A DNA stretch of 21,253 nt from a bacterium (GTDB lineage: Bacteria > Babelota > Babeliae > Babelales > RVW-14). Shown one piece after another: positions 6,893 to 15,354 of the stretch. The DNA is taken from positions 1 to 21,253 of the forward strand of contig JBDRBF010000084.1 in NCBI GenBank assembly GCA_043822925.1. Direction: 5' to 3'. Under the pieces are notes generated by a model. That model searched no databases. It was not told the origin of the DNA and worked only from the letters and a program-made list of their open reading frames with translations. A program made the translations under genes and the position numbers. The stretch's first letter is position 1; every line of letters starts with the position of its first letter.

Positions 6893-8560
6893 TTATTTTT
6901 GTTCGATAATATCTAATGGCGCGAGCATTTCTTTGGGTATATTAAGCCCTAGAAAATTTAATATAGTTGGCGCGATTTGTGCGATACCCTGTGTGATTGG
7001 CGTTGGCGAGAGCTGGGTAAAATTTGTTATGTGCTTATTTTTATAGCTTTTGTTAATCAGGATAAATGGTACTGGGTTTAGTGTATGATTTGTTTTTGGT
7101 TTGCCTGTTTGCTCGTTAATCATTTGTTCAGCGTTGCCATGATCAGACGTGATAAATAAAGTTCCGTTGTGTTTTTCGATTATTTCCTGATATAAAATTT
7201 CTAATTGTTTCTCTAAGCTTTTGCAGGCAAGAATTGTTGCCGGTAAGTCTCCCGAGTGTCCAACCATGTCTGCGTTAGCATAATTTACCAAGTAAAAATA
7301 AGCGGGATCTGTATTTAAAGACTCGAGTATATGTCCGGTAATTTTGTCCGCAGACATTTCTGGGTGATTTATATAGTTTTTTGCTTTTATCGATGGGACT
7401 AAAACGCGTGTTTCATGTGGGAGCTGTTCTTCGCGCATGCCTTTGAAAAAGTACGTGACGTGGGCATACTTTTCTGTTTCGGCTATGCAAAACACTTGGG
7501 CGTCTGGTTTTTGTGTGCAAATTTCGTCTAAAAGTGTGTGATAAATATCGTCTTGTTCGAAGAGTACTGGGTTATTAAAGTTTTTGAATTCGTGTTTATA
7601 TCTTGTTGTTGTTATAAAAAATAATGGGCTGCATGATGTGGGAAATTCTTTAAATTCGGGGTTCAAAAAGCACTGGGCTAATTGCTGTGCTCGATCAGGT
7701 CTGAAATTAAAAAATATAACGCCGTCACCTGAAGATATCGTGCCGGGTTGATTGGATCCTGAAACAAGTTCAGGATGACAGTTTAATGGGCCTAGTAATA
7801 TTGGCTTTACAAATTCGTCAGTTATGCCGGCTGCATAACTGTCTTCAAGTGCTGCTTGCCACGTTAAAGCTTTAGTGGGGCTGTTTGTTTTTTCTGTCTG
7901 TTTTACTTTGCCAACTAGTAAGTTATAGGTTTCTTGTGTGCGTGCCCAGTTTGAGTCACGGTCCATGGCGTAAAACCGTCCGTGTAAGCTTGCTATCTCG
8001 CCACAATTATATTTTTTACATATATTTTCGAGTTTTTGTAAGTTTGCTTTGGCGTGCGTAGGTGCGACATCGCGACCATCAAGAAAGGCGTGAATATATA
8101 CTTTTTTTAGGCCAATTTTGCTTGCGAATTTTATAAGCGCATGCATGTGTTTTTCATGGCTGTGTACGCCACCTTCAGAAAGTAAACCCATAATATGTAA
8201 AGCGTGACCTGTTTCTTTTAGTTTGGTCAGATTTTGTGTGAGTATGGGGTTAGAAAAGAACGTATTATTCTCGATAGAATCGTCAAAGCGCTTCAAAACG
8301 CTTTCTATGACTCGTCCGGCGCCGATTGTTAAGTGCCCGACTTCTGAGTTGCCAATTACGCCTGGTAATAAGCCTACAAATTGGCCTTCGGCTCGCAAAA
8401 GCACGCTGGGATAGTCTTGTAGGAGCTTGTTGTATGTTTGCATATTGGCTAAAGCTATTGCATTTCCGTTAGTTTTTGAGCTGTAACCAAAGCCATCGAG
8501 TATTACAAGCATGTTTGGAGTATTTATTCTAGGGGATTTGAATGGTGTTTTAGGCGTCAT
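6893..8560 (-). CDS. gpmI: 2,3-bisphosphoglycerate-independent phosphoglycerate mutase, carrying an in-frame palindromic-element insertion
   Basis: Motifs LVILDGFG, GNSEVGH (phospho-Ser), FLDGRD, GRFYAMDRD, FNFRPDRA, AETEKYAHVT, NYANADMVGHSG, TSDHGNAE and NHT are all present. Confidence 0.97.
   Translation of the reverse strand: MTPKTPFKSPRINTPNMLVILDGFGYSSKTNGNAIALANMQTYNKLLQDYPSVLLRAEGQFVGLLPGVIGNSEVGHLTIGAGRVIESVLKRFDDSIENNTFFSNPILTQNLTKLKETGHALHIMGLLSEGGVHSHEKHMHALIKFASKIGLKKVYIHAFLDGRDVAPTHAKANLQKLENICKKYNCGEIASLHGRFYAMDRDSNWARTQETYNLLVGKVKQTEKTNSPTKALTWQAALEDSYAAGITDEFVKPILLGPLNCHPELVSGSNQPGTISSGDGVIFFNFRPDRAQQLAQCFLNPEFKEFPTSCSPLFFITTTRYKHEFKNFNNPVLFEQDDIYHTLLDEICTQKPDAQVFCIAETEKYAHVTYFFKGMREEQLPHETRVLVPSIKAKNYINHPEMSADKITGHILESLNTDPAYFYLVNYANADMVGHSGDLPATILACKSLEKQLEILYQEIIEKHNGTLFITSDHGNAEQMINEQTGKPKTNHTLNPVPFILINKSYKNKHITNFTQLSPTPITQGIAQIAPTILNFLGLNIPKEMLAPLDIIEQK
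7753..7780. repeat. GACA-tagged palindromic repeat, copy 3, inside the gpmI coding sequence
   Basis: TGG-ATCCTGAA-ACAAG-TTCAGGAT-GACA with a perfect 8-bp stem. 7780-7754 reads in the gpmI frame as CHPELVSGS (residues 261-269). Confidence 0.9.
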
Positions 8561-8612
8561 TTTTTGACTTTCTGGGGTTATAACGCTATGCTCAGTTCTT
8601 CAATTAAATACT

Positions 8613-8640
8613 TAGACTTTAGGTCGAGTTCAGGATGACA
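8613..8640. repeat. GACA-tagged palindromic repeat, copy 4 (left arm decayed)
   Basis: TAG-ACTTTAGG-TCGAG-TTCAGGAT-GACA. The last 14 nt (AGTTCAGGATGACA) are identical to copy 3. Confidence 0.7.
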
Positions 8641-8703
8641 CTTTGAAATTAAGTGTTTATGCCGTTTCTGTCTATAAAATCAGAATAAACTTTTTATATA
8701 AAT

Positions 8704-9249
8704 ATGCGAGGGAAAATGCAGGCTCTTCAAGTATTAAAACTAAGCAAAAAAAGAGTATTAAAGTTGGTCAAAAATACATACAAAATAGTATCTGTTTTTT
8801 TGTTGCTATTTTGCTTCACGGGGTCTGTGTTATTTTGTGATCTAAGCTCAGATAGCAATAAAAATGCTCCAAAGAGCACGATTTATATTTTGGACACTCG
8901 TAGTGCTGGGGGCTCAAATAGTCTTGCTATTGAGAGAGAAACGGAAGCAAATTTTGAAGATATATATAATGGGCTTGGTGGTGACGATATAGATATAAAT
9001 GTGATACCTGATGATTCAGATTTGAGTTTAGCAGCAAAGATAAAACTTGTATTTGCCTATGCAAAAATTGTGCTGAGCCAAGAAAAAGAGAATATTATAG
9101 ATCATATCGTTTCACATAAAGACATGTATTGTGTCGGGGCACTTGTTGTAACAGTGGTAGCTATAGCGGGTATTATACTTGTTATTATAAGTAACAAAAA
9201 CCGCAAGAATAACGAACAGAGTAAGAATGCTCAGAATAATAAGAAATGA
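8704..9249 (+). CDS. Hypothetical membrane protein (N-terminal signal/TM, acidic middle, C-terminal TM with basic tail)
   Basis: Hydrophobic segments IVSVFLLLFCFTGSVLF and VGALVVTVVAIAGIILVII, followed by SNKNRKNN. The start is uncertain (8704, 8716 or TTG 8764). Confidence 0.6.
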   Translation: MRGKMQALQVLKLSKKRVLKLVKNTYKIVSVFLLLFCFTGSVLFCDLSSDSNKNAPKSTIYILDTRSAGGSNSLAIERETEANFEDIYNGLGGDDIDINVIPDDSDLSLAAKIKLVFAYAKIVLSQEKENIIDHIVSHKDMYCVGALVVTVVAIAGIILVIISNKNRKNNEQSKNAQNNKK

Positions 9250-9286
9250 GTGCTGCTCAGGGCGGGGGCATTTAGGATAACCAAGT

Positions 9287-10132
9287 ATGAACGATATACA
9301 TAAACATATTTTTGCACTCTATGCCCCAGGGCTTTCAGCCGGGTGTGACGCGTTTGAAATTGGAGCTCCGTTTGAGTATAAAAACGAGCTCATGTGGCAA
9401 CGAATTGTGCGTATTTTGCGTTTGCGAGCAGGCGAGACAGTTACTCTTTTTGACAATACTTGCTCGATAAACGTTATAATTAGTGACCGTACGTTTTTAG
9501 ATAAAAAACAGATTAGTATTTCAGGCGTGCTTACGGCGTACTCAAGAAATCATATTTTATTCCCAGAAATTATTTTTTATCCGTGTATAACCAAGAGAGA
9601 TACGTTTGAGACAATCGTATACGCGGCAGCCCAGATGGGCGCGAGCAAGATTGTTCCGGTAATCTCTGAAAAAGTTCAGCGCGAGTTGGCTGGGCCTAAA
9701 GAATTGGACCGAATTCAAAAAATTATGATTGCAGCTTGTGAACAAGCTCGGCAGTTTGTTATTCCAGAATTTTGTGAGCCAATAAAGTTGGCTCAAGTCG
9801 CTCATCATGAGTTTATCGAAGGGGAGAGTTTTGGCGATGCCAAAATTTTACATAAAATATGTTTTGAATGCGACGGGGCGTCAATACGCGAGCTCGCTCA
9901 AAAGCTATCGAGTATTACGAGCGATAATAGCTTGAATGCTCAAGTTGCAGGAGCTCGAGAAATTCAAAGCATAAAAATATGCGTTGTTCAGGGGCCTGAA
10001 GGTGGGCTAACGGATAAAGAAGTTTCTTTTTTGCGATCTCAAAAGTTCGACATTTATGCTCTAACCCCAACGATTTTGCGCTCTCAAGATGCGGTTTTGG
10101 TTGGCCTGGGTTTTTTGCGAAGTTTTATCTAA
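9287..10132 (+). CDS. rsmE: 16S rRNA m3U1498 methyltransferase RsmE (SPOUT)
   Basis: RILRLRAGETVTLFD, AAQMGASKIVPVISE, AACEQA, GPEGG and ILRSQDA (a variant of ILRxETA). Confidence 0.9.
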   Translation: MNDIHKHIFALYAPGLSAGCDAFEIGAPFEYKNELMWQRIVRILRLRAGETVTLFDNTCSINVIISDRTFLDKKQISISGVLTAYSRNHILFPEIIFYPCITKRDTFETIVYAAAQMGASKIVPVISEKVQRELAGPKELDRIQKIMIAACEQARQFVIPEFCEPIKLAQVAHHEFIEGESFGDAKILHKICFECDGASIRELAQKLSSITSDNSLNAQVAGAREIQSIKICVVQGPEGGLTDKEVSFLRSQKFDIYALTPTILRSQDAVLVGLGFLRSFI

Positions 10133-10851
10133 TTCTTTTTTAACGCAAAATATTGCGTTTTCATGTAATTTGGCGTGATTCGGTTTACGATATCTTCTTG
10201 TTTTTGCCAAGCAGCATAACCCATGAGGCCAATTTGTTCTGCGTGGGCGGTTTGATTGGATTCAAGATTTGGATCTATTATCGTATTATTGCCTAAAGTT
10301 TGTAAAATTTCTGGTTCATGTAGTTTTACAGCGTTACCTGTAAATAAGATCTTTGTTTGTGCAAACGTTTGGGAGAGTTGCTCAAGTAAGAGTGTTATTT
10401 TTTCGCAGCTTTTTATGGGTAATTTTTGGTTTTGTGTGTCAGCTATCTCTTGAGCGCTATTAATAGAATAATAGACGTCGTTATTATAAGCGTTAAGTAT
10501 GCTTACTATTATGTCTGGGGTTTTATTTTTGAGACTTTGTTTGGTTTGAAGATAAAGGGCATCAAGGCCGTCAATGCCAATAAGGGGGGTTTTACGGGCA
10601 AAGCCAATGCCATTAACGCTTGCGATAATAACACGTAGAGAGGTAAAGGCTCCAGGTCCTTTATCTACGCAAATAAAATCTAGGTCAGAGAGCGCAAGTT
10701 TATGCGCAGATAAAAGTTCGTTGAGATAGGGGACCAGATAGGAGCTGGCCTTTGTTCCTGGTTTGACTATCGTCTGAACACAGTGTTGATTTTTGAAAAG
10801 TGCTATTTCCAGTTGGTTGTAACTGCCCTGGATGCTTATAAATATTGTCAT
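10129..10851 (-). CDS. tsaB: tRNA threonylcarbamoyladenosine biosynthesis protein TsaB (YeaZ)
   Basis: LDFICVDKGPGAFTSLRV (a variant of GPGSFTGLRI), PLIGIDGLDAL, LNAYNNDVY, FTGNA and C-terminal TPNYMK. Confidence 0.88.
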   Translation of the reverse strand: MTIFISIQGSYNQLEIALFKNQHCVQTIVKPGTKASSYLVPYLNELLSAHKLALSDLDFICVDKGPGAFTSLRVIIASVNGIGFARKTPLIGIDGLDALYLQTKQSLKNKTPDIIVSILNAYNNDVYYSINSAQEIADTQNQKLPIKSCEKITLLLEQLSQTFAQTKILFTGNAVKLHEPEILQTLGNNTIIDPNLESNQTAHAEQIGLMGYAAWQKQEDIVNRITPNYMKTQYFALKKN

Positions 10852-10853
10852 TT

Positions 10854-11039
10854 TTAGTTGTTATTCTGTTTTTTAATCTTTTGTCGTTGATAAAAGACGC
10901 TAAACGCATCGTCTTTTATTGTGCTTTCTCGTTTTTCTATGATCTTACCACAATTCAAGCACCGCCATCCTTCAAAGTTAATAAAGTGGTCAAAAAAGGA
11001 TTGCATTATCATTAGGCCACCACACTTCGGGCACTCCAT
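10854..11039 (-). CDS. Small Zn-ribbon protein (two CxxC motifs), directly upstream of tsaB
   Basis: MECPKCGGLM...GWRCLNCGK. Strong RBS AAGGAGAAGGAG just before the ATG. The stop lies 2 nt before the tsaB start. Confidence 0.85.
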   Translation of the reverse strand: MECPKCGGLMIMQSFFDHFINFEGWRCLNCGKIIEKRESTIKDDAFSVFYQRQKIKKQNNN

Positions 11040-11114
11040 TGTTCTCCTTCTCCTTTTTATGAAAAGTTGACCCTCGGAATTTTATTGTAAACAGTTTTGT
11101 GAACTTGTAAAAGG

Positions 11115-13313
11115 TTATTTAGCCAGCGGCATTTCTACTGGAAAATTAGCTATTTTTCCCTCCTCTTCTTCCTCATCTTCTTGAGCGTTGGTTGCTTTGC
11201 GTGCGTTTAATTGGCCTTTTATTTTTGCCAAGTTTTTTTGTTCTAAGGCTATTTTTGTTTTAGCATGAATATTTTGTAACTTGGTCGTTGCTTCTTGTTT
11301 TAATTGTTGAAATTGCTTTTGGGTATCATTAAGTTCAAAATTCTTTTTTTGTTGGATATTTTGAAGTTGTTTATGTGCAAGGTCAAGTTCTTGCTTTGTA
11401 TTATCTCTTATAATCAGTAATTCTTTTTCTGCCTGTTGTTGTAGGGCAAGTAGTTCGCTTTGGAGTGTTGCGTTTATAGTTTTTGATTGAGCTGTAATTT
11501 TGTGTGTTTCTTTTTTGATTTCTTCGAGTAATTCTCGTTCTTGTAAGAGCTGATTTCTGTCGGTTATAAGTTTTTGCCTGTCGTCCAAAAGAGTAGATGT
11601 TGTTTTTTGTAGTTCGATCTCTTTTTCAAGTAATGTAACTTTTTCCTGTTTGATTGATTTTTTTTCTTCTTCTAGATATTTCGTAATAGAATCTATTGTT
11701 TGTTGGGCTAAAGATTCTACCATTTGAGCTCTTTGTTCTGATTCTTGAGCCATTTTTTCTGCTTTTTGTGCTTTTATTTTGGTGGCTTTTAGATCTTGCT
11801 GGGTTAGCGTCAGCACTGTTTCTAGGTCGAGAGATGTTTTAGTTGATCCTTCAAGCTGCGTATTTAAATCTTGTTTTATAATATAATCTTTTTGTATTTG
11901 TTTATGGGCAGCTTTATTTTGTGCTTTTATTTGTTCTGCTTGTTCAAGTGCTTGCTTTGTAGCCAGTTCTGCTTCTAATTGTTCTGTTATTTTTTCTTGA
12001 AGGTTTTTTTTCGTTTGAGCGAGGCCTTGCTTTGTTTTATCGAGCTTTTGTTTAATGTGCCCAACTTCTTGTTCCAGTTTTTCAACTTTAAGATGGACTA
12101 CTTGGGTTGGCTTTGTTGCGTGTTGTTCAATTATAACATCAGGCAAAATGTTTGCCCGTTGTCTGAATATAACAGAAAATTCACCCAATTTTTTTCTGAC
12201 AAGAGCTGTTATTTGGTCTGATGGAATATTACGGTTTTGGAATATTGGATCTTGTATGAGGGCGTTTATTTCGTATAAAGCAGCCAGGCGTGTTTTCTTT
12301 TGTAAATCAGGGGTGAGTTTGACGGTTTTTGACATTTTGGCTAGATAGTTGTCAGCTGTTTTTTGAGCGGATACGATTTTTTGTAGTATTGCGTGTTTGT
12401 TTGCTATTTGGGCATACCCGGCATCAGATGTTTGATGGGTTGAGCGTAGGGTGTTATCAAACCATAAATTTTGATCAGAAAAGCGTTTAAGATAGTCTTC
12501 GCGTTCTTGTGGGGTTTCTGCAGAGAGAATAATATTTTTTATGAATGTTATGTTTTGATAAAACTGCTTGGACATTTCGTTTTTCCATTCAGGGGAGACA
12601 TTTTGCATGTCGGGCGACATGCTTTGTATGTTATTTTGTCTATCTTGGTGTATTTTGGTTTCATGTCTAGATAGTCCCATTATTGGTGCTTGTTTATATT
12701 TATAATCTGTATCGATGCTTTCATCTAGTTCTTGTGTTTCTGGTTCATCTGACTGGCCAAATTGTTTGGCTATGGCTTCTCTTTGAGCTTTGTTTTTTAA
12801 TTGTAATGCTCGTTCTTGGGCGTCTTGTATGATATCTAATGTTTTTACAGCTGCTTCTTTTTTGAGTTTAAATGATTCGATTTGAATGTTTTTGCGTAAA
12901 TCAGATGTGATTTGCTCTGTTTGATCGCGCATTTGGGCTATTTTCTCTTCAACGTTTTCATGAATTGCTTGAAGCTTTTTTTCTGTTTTTTTAGTGATTA
13001 AAGATTCTTTGTGGGCGATATCAGCATGTAATTTACTGACAGATTCTTCTGCTTCTTGTGTAAGTTTGGTTATTTCGGCATTTGTTTGAGCTGGTAAGCT
13101 CGGTACAATTATAGATGAGCCAAAGTTTGAGACTATTGTTGCAACTGGGTCTTGTTCTTCGTTAGATAGGTTTTGAGAGATCTCTTGAGAAGATCTGTAT
13201 TCGTGTTTTTTATGTTTTTTATGTTTTGCCTGAGCTTCAAAACTGTATAATACAAATATACACAGAGCAAATAGAGCAGTTATTGTACGCAAAAGATTAC
13301 ATTTTTTATCCAT
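11115..13313 (-). CDS. Secreted long coiled-coil protein of unknown function
   Basis: Signal peptide MDKKCNLLRTITALFALCIFVLYSFEAQA, then KHKKHKKHE. Extensive Q/E/K-rich heptad-like regions and an acidic EDEEEEEG near the C-terminus. Start placed at ATG 13313. Confidence 0.7.
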   Translation of the reverse strand: MDKKCNLLRTITALFALCIFVLYSFEAQAKHKKHKKHEYRSSQEISQNLSNEEQDPVATIVSNFGSSIIVPSLPAQTNAEITKLTQEAEESVSKLHADIAHKESLITKKTEKKLQAIHENVEEKIAQMRDQTEQITSDLRKNIQIESFKLKKEAAVKTLDIIQDAQERALQLKNKAQREAIAKQFGQSDEPETQELDESIDTDYKYKQAPIMGLSRHETKIHQDRQNNIQSMSPDMQNVSPEWKNEMSKQFYQNITFIKNIILSAETPQEREDYLKRFSDQNLWFDNTLRSTHQTSDAGYAQIANKHAILQKIVSAQKTADNYLAKMSKTVKLTPDLQKKTRLAALYEINALIQDPIFQNRNIPSDQITALVRKKLGEFSVIFRQRANILPDVIIEQHATKPTQVVHLKVEKLEQEVGHIKQKLDKTKQGLAQTKKNLQEKITEQLEAELATKQALEQAEQIKAQNKAAHKQIQKDYIIKQDLNTQLEGSTKTSLDLETVLTLTQQDLKATKIKAQKAEKMAQESEQRAQMVESLAQQTIDSITKYLEEEKKSIKQEKVTLLEKEIELQKTTSTLLDDRQKLITDRNQLLQERELLEEIKKETHKITAQSKTINATLQSELLALQQQAEKELLIIRDNTKQELDLAHKQLQNIQQKKNFELNDTQKQFQQLKQEATTKLQNIHAKTKIALEQKNLAKIKGQLNARKATNAQEDEEEEEGKIANFPVEMPLAK

Positions 13314-13501
13314 GGTTCTTCCCATTTTTTGATACAAATTATGGAAGATCAGATTCCCCTTTGTTTTGAGTATGGACTGAATCTTGTACTTTTTTCAAGA
13401 AAATATCAATTTGCAATAATTTAAGATAGTTTGAACTGGGTTATAGTAAATATTCGGTGTTGTTAAAATATGTGAAAATCTTAAAAAATAGGGTGAGTAT
13501 C

Positions 13502-15190
13502 ATGAATAAAAAGTATGTGTATTTTTTGTTTTTTTTATTTGGTATCGTCGCGATTGTTTCGCTCTTTTTTATCTCTCGTAAACCGGTTATTAAAAAAGAA
13601 GTTTTAGTAACTCAAGCTCCTGTTCATCGTATGACCATATTTATTCATGGAACTTTTAGTTCGCAAATGGGTTTATTAAGTTATTCAGAAGTCGTTCGGG
13701 ATAAAGTTAAGGGAACGCTTTATAAAAAAACTCAAAAGAAAATGCGCAAGGACCCTTCTTATTATGCAGGGCAACCGATCCAAGAAAAGGGCTTGGTTTC
13801 TATTATTCCAACGTTTGATCCGGCACAAATTGACAACAAAAAATATGCGGCATATCCATTAATTAAAGCGTATCAAATGGTTACTCAGGAGATCCAAAAA
13901 ACGAGTAGTTATAAAAATAATGAGATAAATTATTATTATACGTTTGGCTGGAGTGGTTTAATTAGCCAGTATCAGCGCCGCAAAGAGGCGGTTAGGCTTT
14001 ATAACACGCTTGTAGAAGAAGTCGAAAATTTTAAAAAGCGTGGAATAAATCCAAAAATTACGATTCTTACCCATAGCCATGGGGGTAATTTGTGTTTGAA
14101 TTTAGGTGCTATTGGATTTTTGTTAAATTCAGAGAAATTGATTTCTGGGGGTGTTTTTTCAGATATTAGTGACGCCAACGAATCTCTTGAAAAAATGGCT
14201 GAAATTTTGAAGGCGCTTTCATCTAAAGAAAATACTTGTTCAATTAAAGGCCAGCGTCATTATGATTATTTACCTGTTTTTAAAGATCTTATTATTGACG
14301 AGCTTATTCTTCTTGGGACGCCGGTGCAGCCTGAGACTCAATATTTTTGGAGTTTCCCAACGTTTAATAAGATATATAATGTGTATTCTGATGCTGATAC
14401 TGTTCAGGAAATGGACTGGGTTTCAACTAAAAAAAGTTCGAGCGATAAGCGCTTTATTGCGACTTCAGACAATAAAAAACTCATGCAAATTAGAGTTATG
14501 TATAACAGAGATCTTTCGCGTATGTTTGTGCGGACTGGTGTTCCTGGGAGTGTTGTTCCACCAATAAATCAAACAATAAATCAAGTAGTAACTCCAAGAG
14601 TGATGCAAAGTCTAACGAATACGCTTACGCCGGACCAGGGGCTTCAACCATTAGAGACTGAGAAGGCAGTGTCCAAAACGGATTCTAAAGTAATAGCTGC
14701 TAAAACAGTAGATTCTAAAAATGGGGTAAGTGGGGGAAAGACTAAAGGTCTGGGAATGCTTTTAGGAACTCTTGTTTCATATGCAAAAATTATTGCTGGT
14801 TCTAAGATTAGTCAGGACCCAGAGCATAAAGAATTATGGTTTGTTGCATGGGAAAATGACAAACTTCAAAATCAAGATAATAATACTGTGCAAACGCTTG
14901 ATATTTTGCCAACCGTTATATTTGTTCCATCTATTCTTGCGAGTCTTGATGCCTATAATTCTCAAGATACGAAAAAATTATATGCCCAAAAATTATATGC
15001 CCAAAAATTATATGCCCAAAAATTATATGATGTTGACGTGAATTTTGTGATAAATTCCGATTGTTTAAATATTCAGCTTATAAAGCATCAAGATAACGTC
15101 GTAAAGCAGAGTGTGCGTTTGCCATGGAGCATTATTGAACATATCAAGCAAGAAGTGCGTAAGTGGCGACCAGAGCAGATAGCCAAGTAA
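13502..15190 (+). CDS. Membrane-anchored or exported alpha/beta-hydrolase-fold (lipase/esterase-like) protein
   Basis: N-terminal TM. IFIHGT (oxyanion), YTFGWSG, THSHGG nucleophile elbow, LILLGTP, YSDADTVQ (Asp candidate), DPEHKEL (His candidate). GGTGA RBS before ATG 13502. Confidence 0.7.
   Translation: MNKKYVYFLFFLFGIVAIVSLFFISRKPVIKKEVLVTQAPVHRMTIFIHGTFSSQMGLLSYSEVVRDKVKGTLYKKTQKKMRKDPSYYAGQPIQEKGLVSIIPTFDPAQIDNKKYAAYPLIKAYQMVTQEIQKTSSYKNNEINYYYTFGWSGLISQYQRRKEAVRLYNTLVEEVENFKKRGINPKITILTHSHGGNLCLNLGAIGFLLNSEKLISGGVFSDISDANESLEKMAEILKALSSKENTCSIKGQRHYDYLPVFKDLIIDELILLGTPVQPETQYFWSFPTFNKIYNVYSDADTVQEMDWVSTKKSSSDKRFIATSDNKKLMQIRVMYNRDLSRMFVRTGVPGSVVPPINQTINQVVTPRVMQSLTNTLTPDQGLQPLETEKAVSKTDSKVIAAKTVDSKNGVSGGKTKGLGMLLGTLVSYAKIIAGSKISQDPEHKELWFVAWENDKLQNQDNNTVQTLDILPTVIFVPSILASLDAYNSQDTKKLYAQKLYAQKLYAQKLYDVDVNFVINSDCLNIQLIKHQDNVVKQSVRLPWSIIEHIKQEVRKWRPEQIAK
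14973..15029 (+). repeat. Perfect in-frame 15-bp tandem repeat (AAAAATTATATGCCC x3.8) encoding KLYAQ repeats
   Basis: Units at 14973, 14988 and 15003, plus a partial unit at 15018-15029, with no mismatches. Confidence 0.95.
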
Positions 15191-15202
15191 TTTTTAATGG
15201 AT

Positions 15203-15230
15203 TGGACCCTGAATCAAGTATAGGGTGACA
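15203..15230. repeat. GACA-tagged palindromic repeat, copy 5
   Basis: TGG-ACCCTGAA-TCAAG-TATAGGGT-GACA, 12 nt after the hydrolase stop. Shows a compensatory C-G pair where copies 1 and 3 have T-A. Confidence 0.8.
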
Positions 15231-15354
15231 TAAAATAGTGGCTTTTTTCTCGTGAAATTGTATCATAAAACTCACTTGATACTTGGTGTCATAATCAGTT
15301 AAGTCGCTTTTATATTAATACTTTTTGAATGTCTAGCTAAGGAGAAGGTTGCAC

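Noticed and set aside
6872-6897. Possible bidirectional terminator between the permease and gpmI
   Set aside because: The stem is weak and irregular (AATAAGA/TCTTATT with an imperfect core), which is not enough to call.
8643-8840. 65-aa plus-strand ORF
   Set aside because: It overlaps 8704-9249 in another frame, has a TTG start right after a repeat with no RBS, and shows no protein features.
9363-9956. Four GAGCTC hexamers within rsmE
   Set aside because: All are in coding sequence with no shared flanks or regular spacing; chance or codon usage is a sufficient explanation.
14772-15041. 89-aa ORF with KNYMP repeats
   Set aside because: An alternate-frame reading of the 15-bp repeat inside the hydrolase gene, not an independent gene.
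1640-15230. CRISPR interpretation of the 28-bp palindromic repeats
   Set aside because: The copies are dispersed over kilobases, divergent, lack regular spacers, and no cas genes are present.
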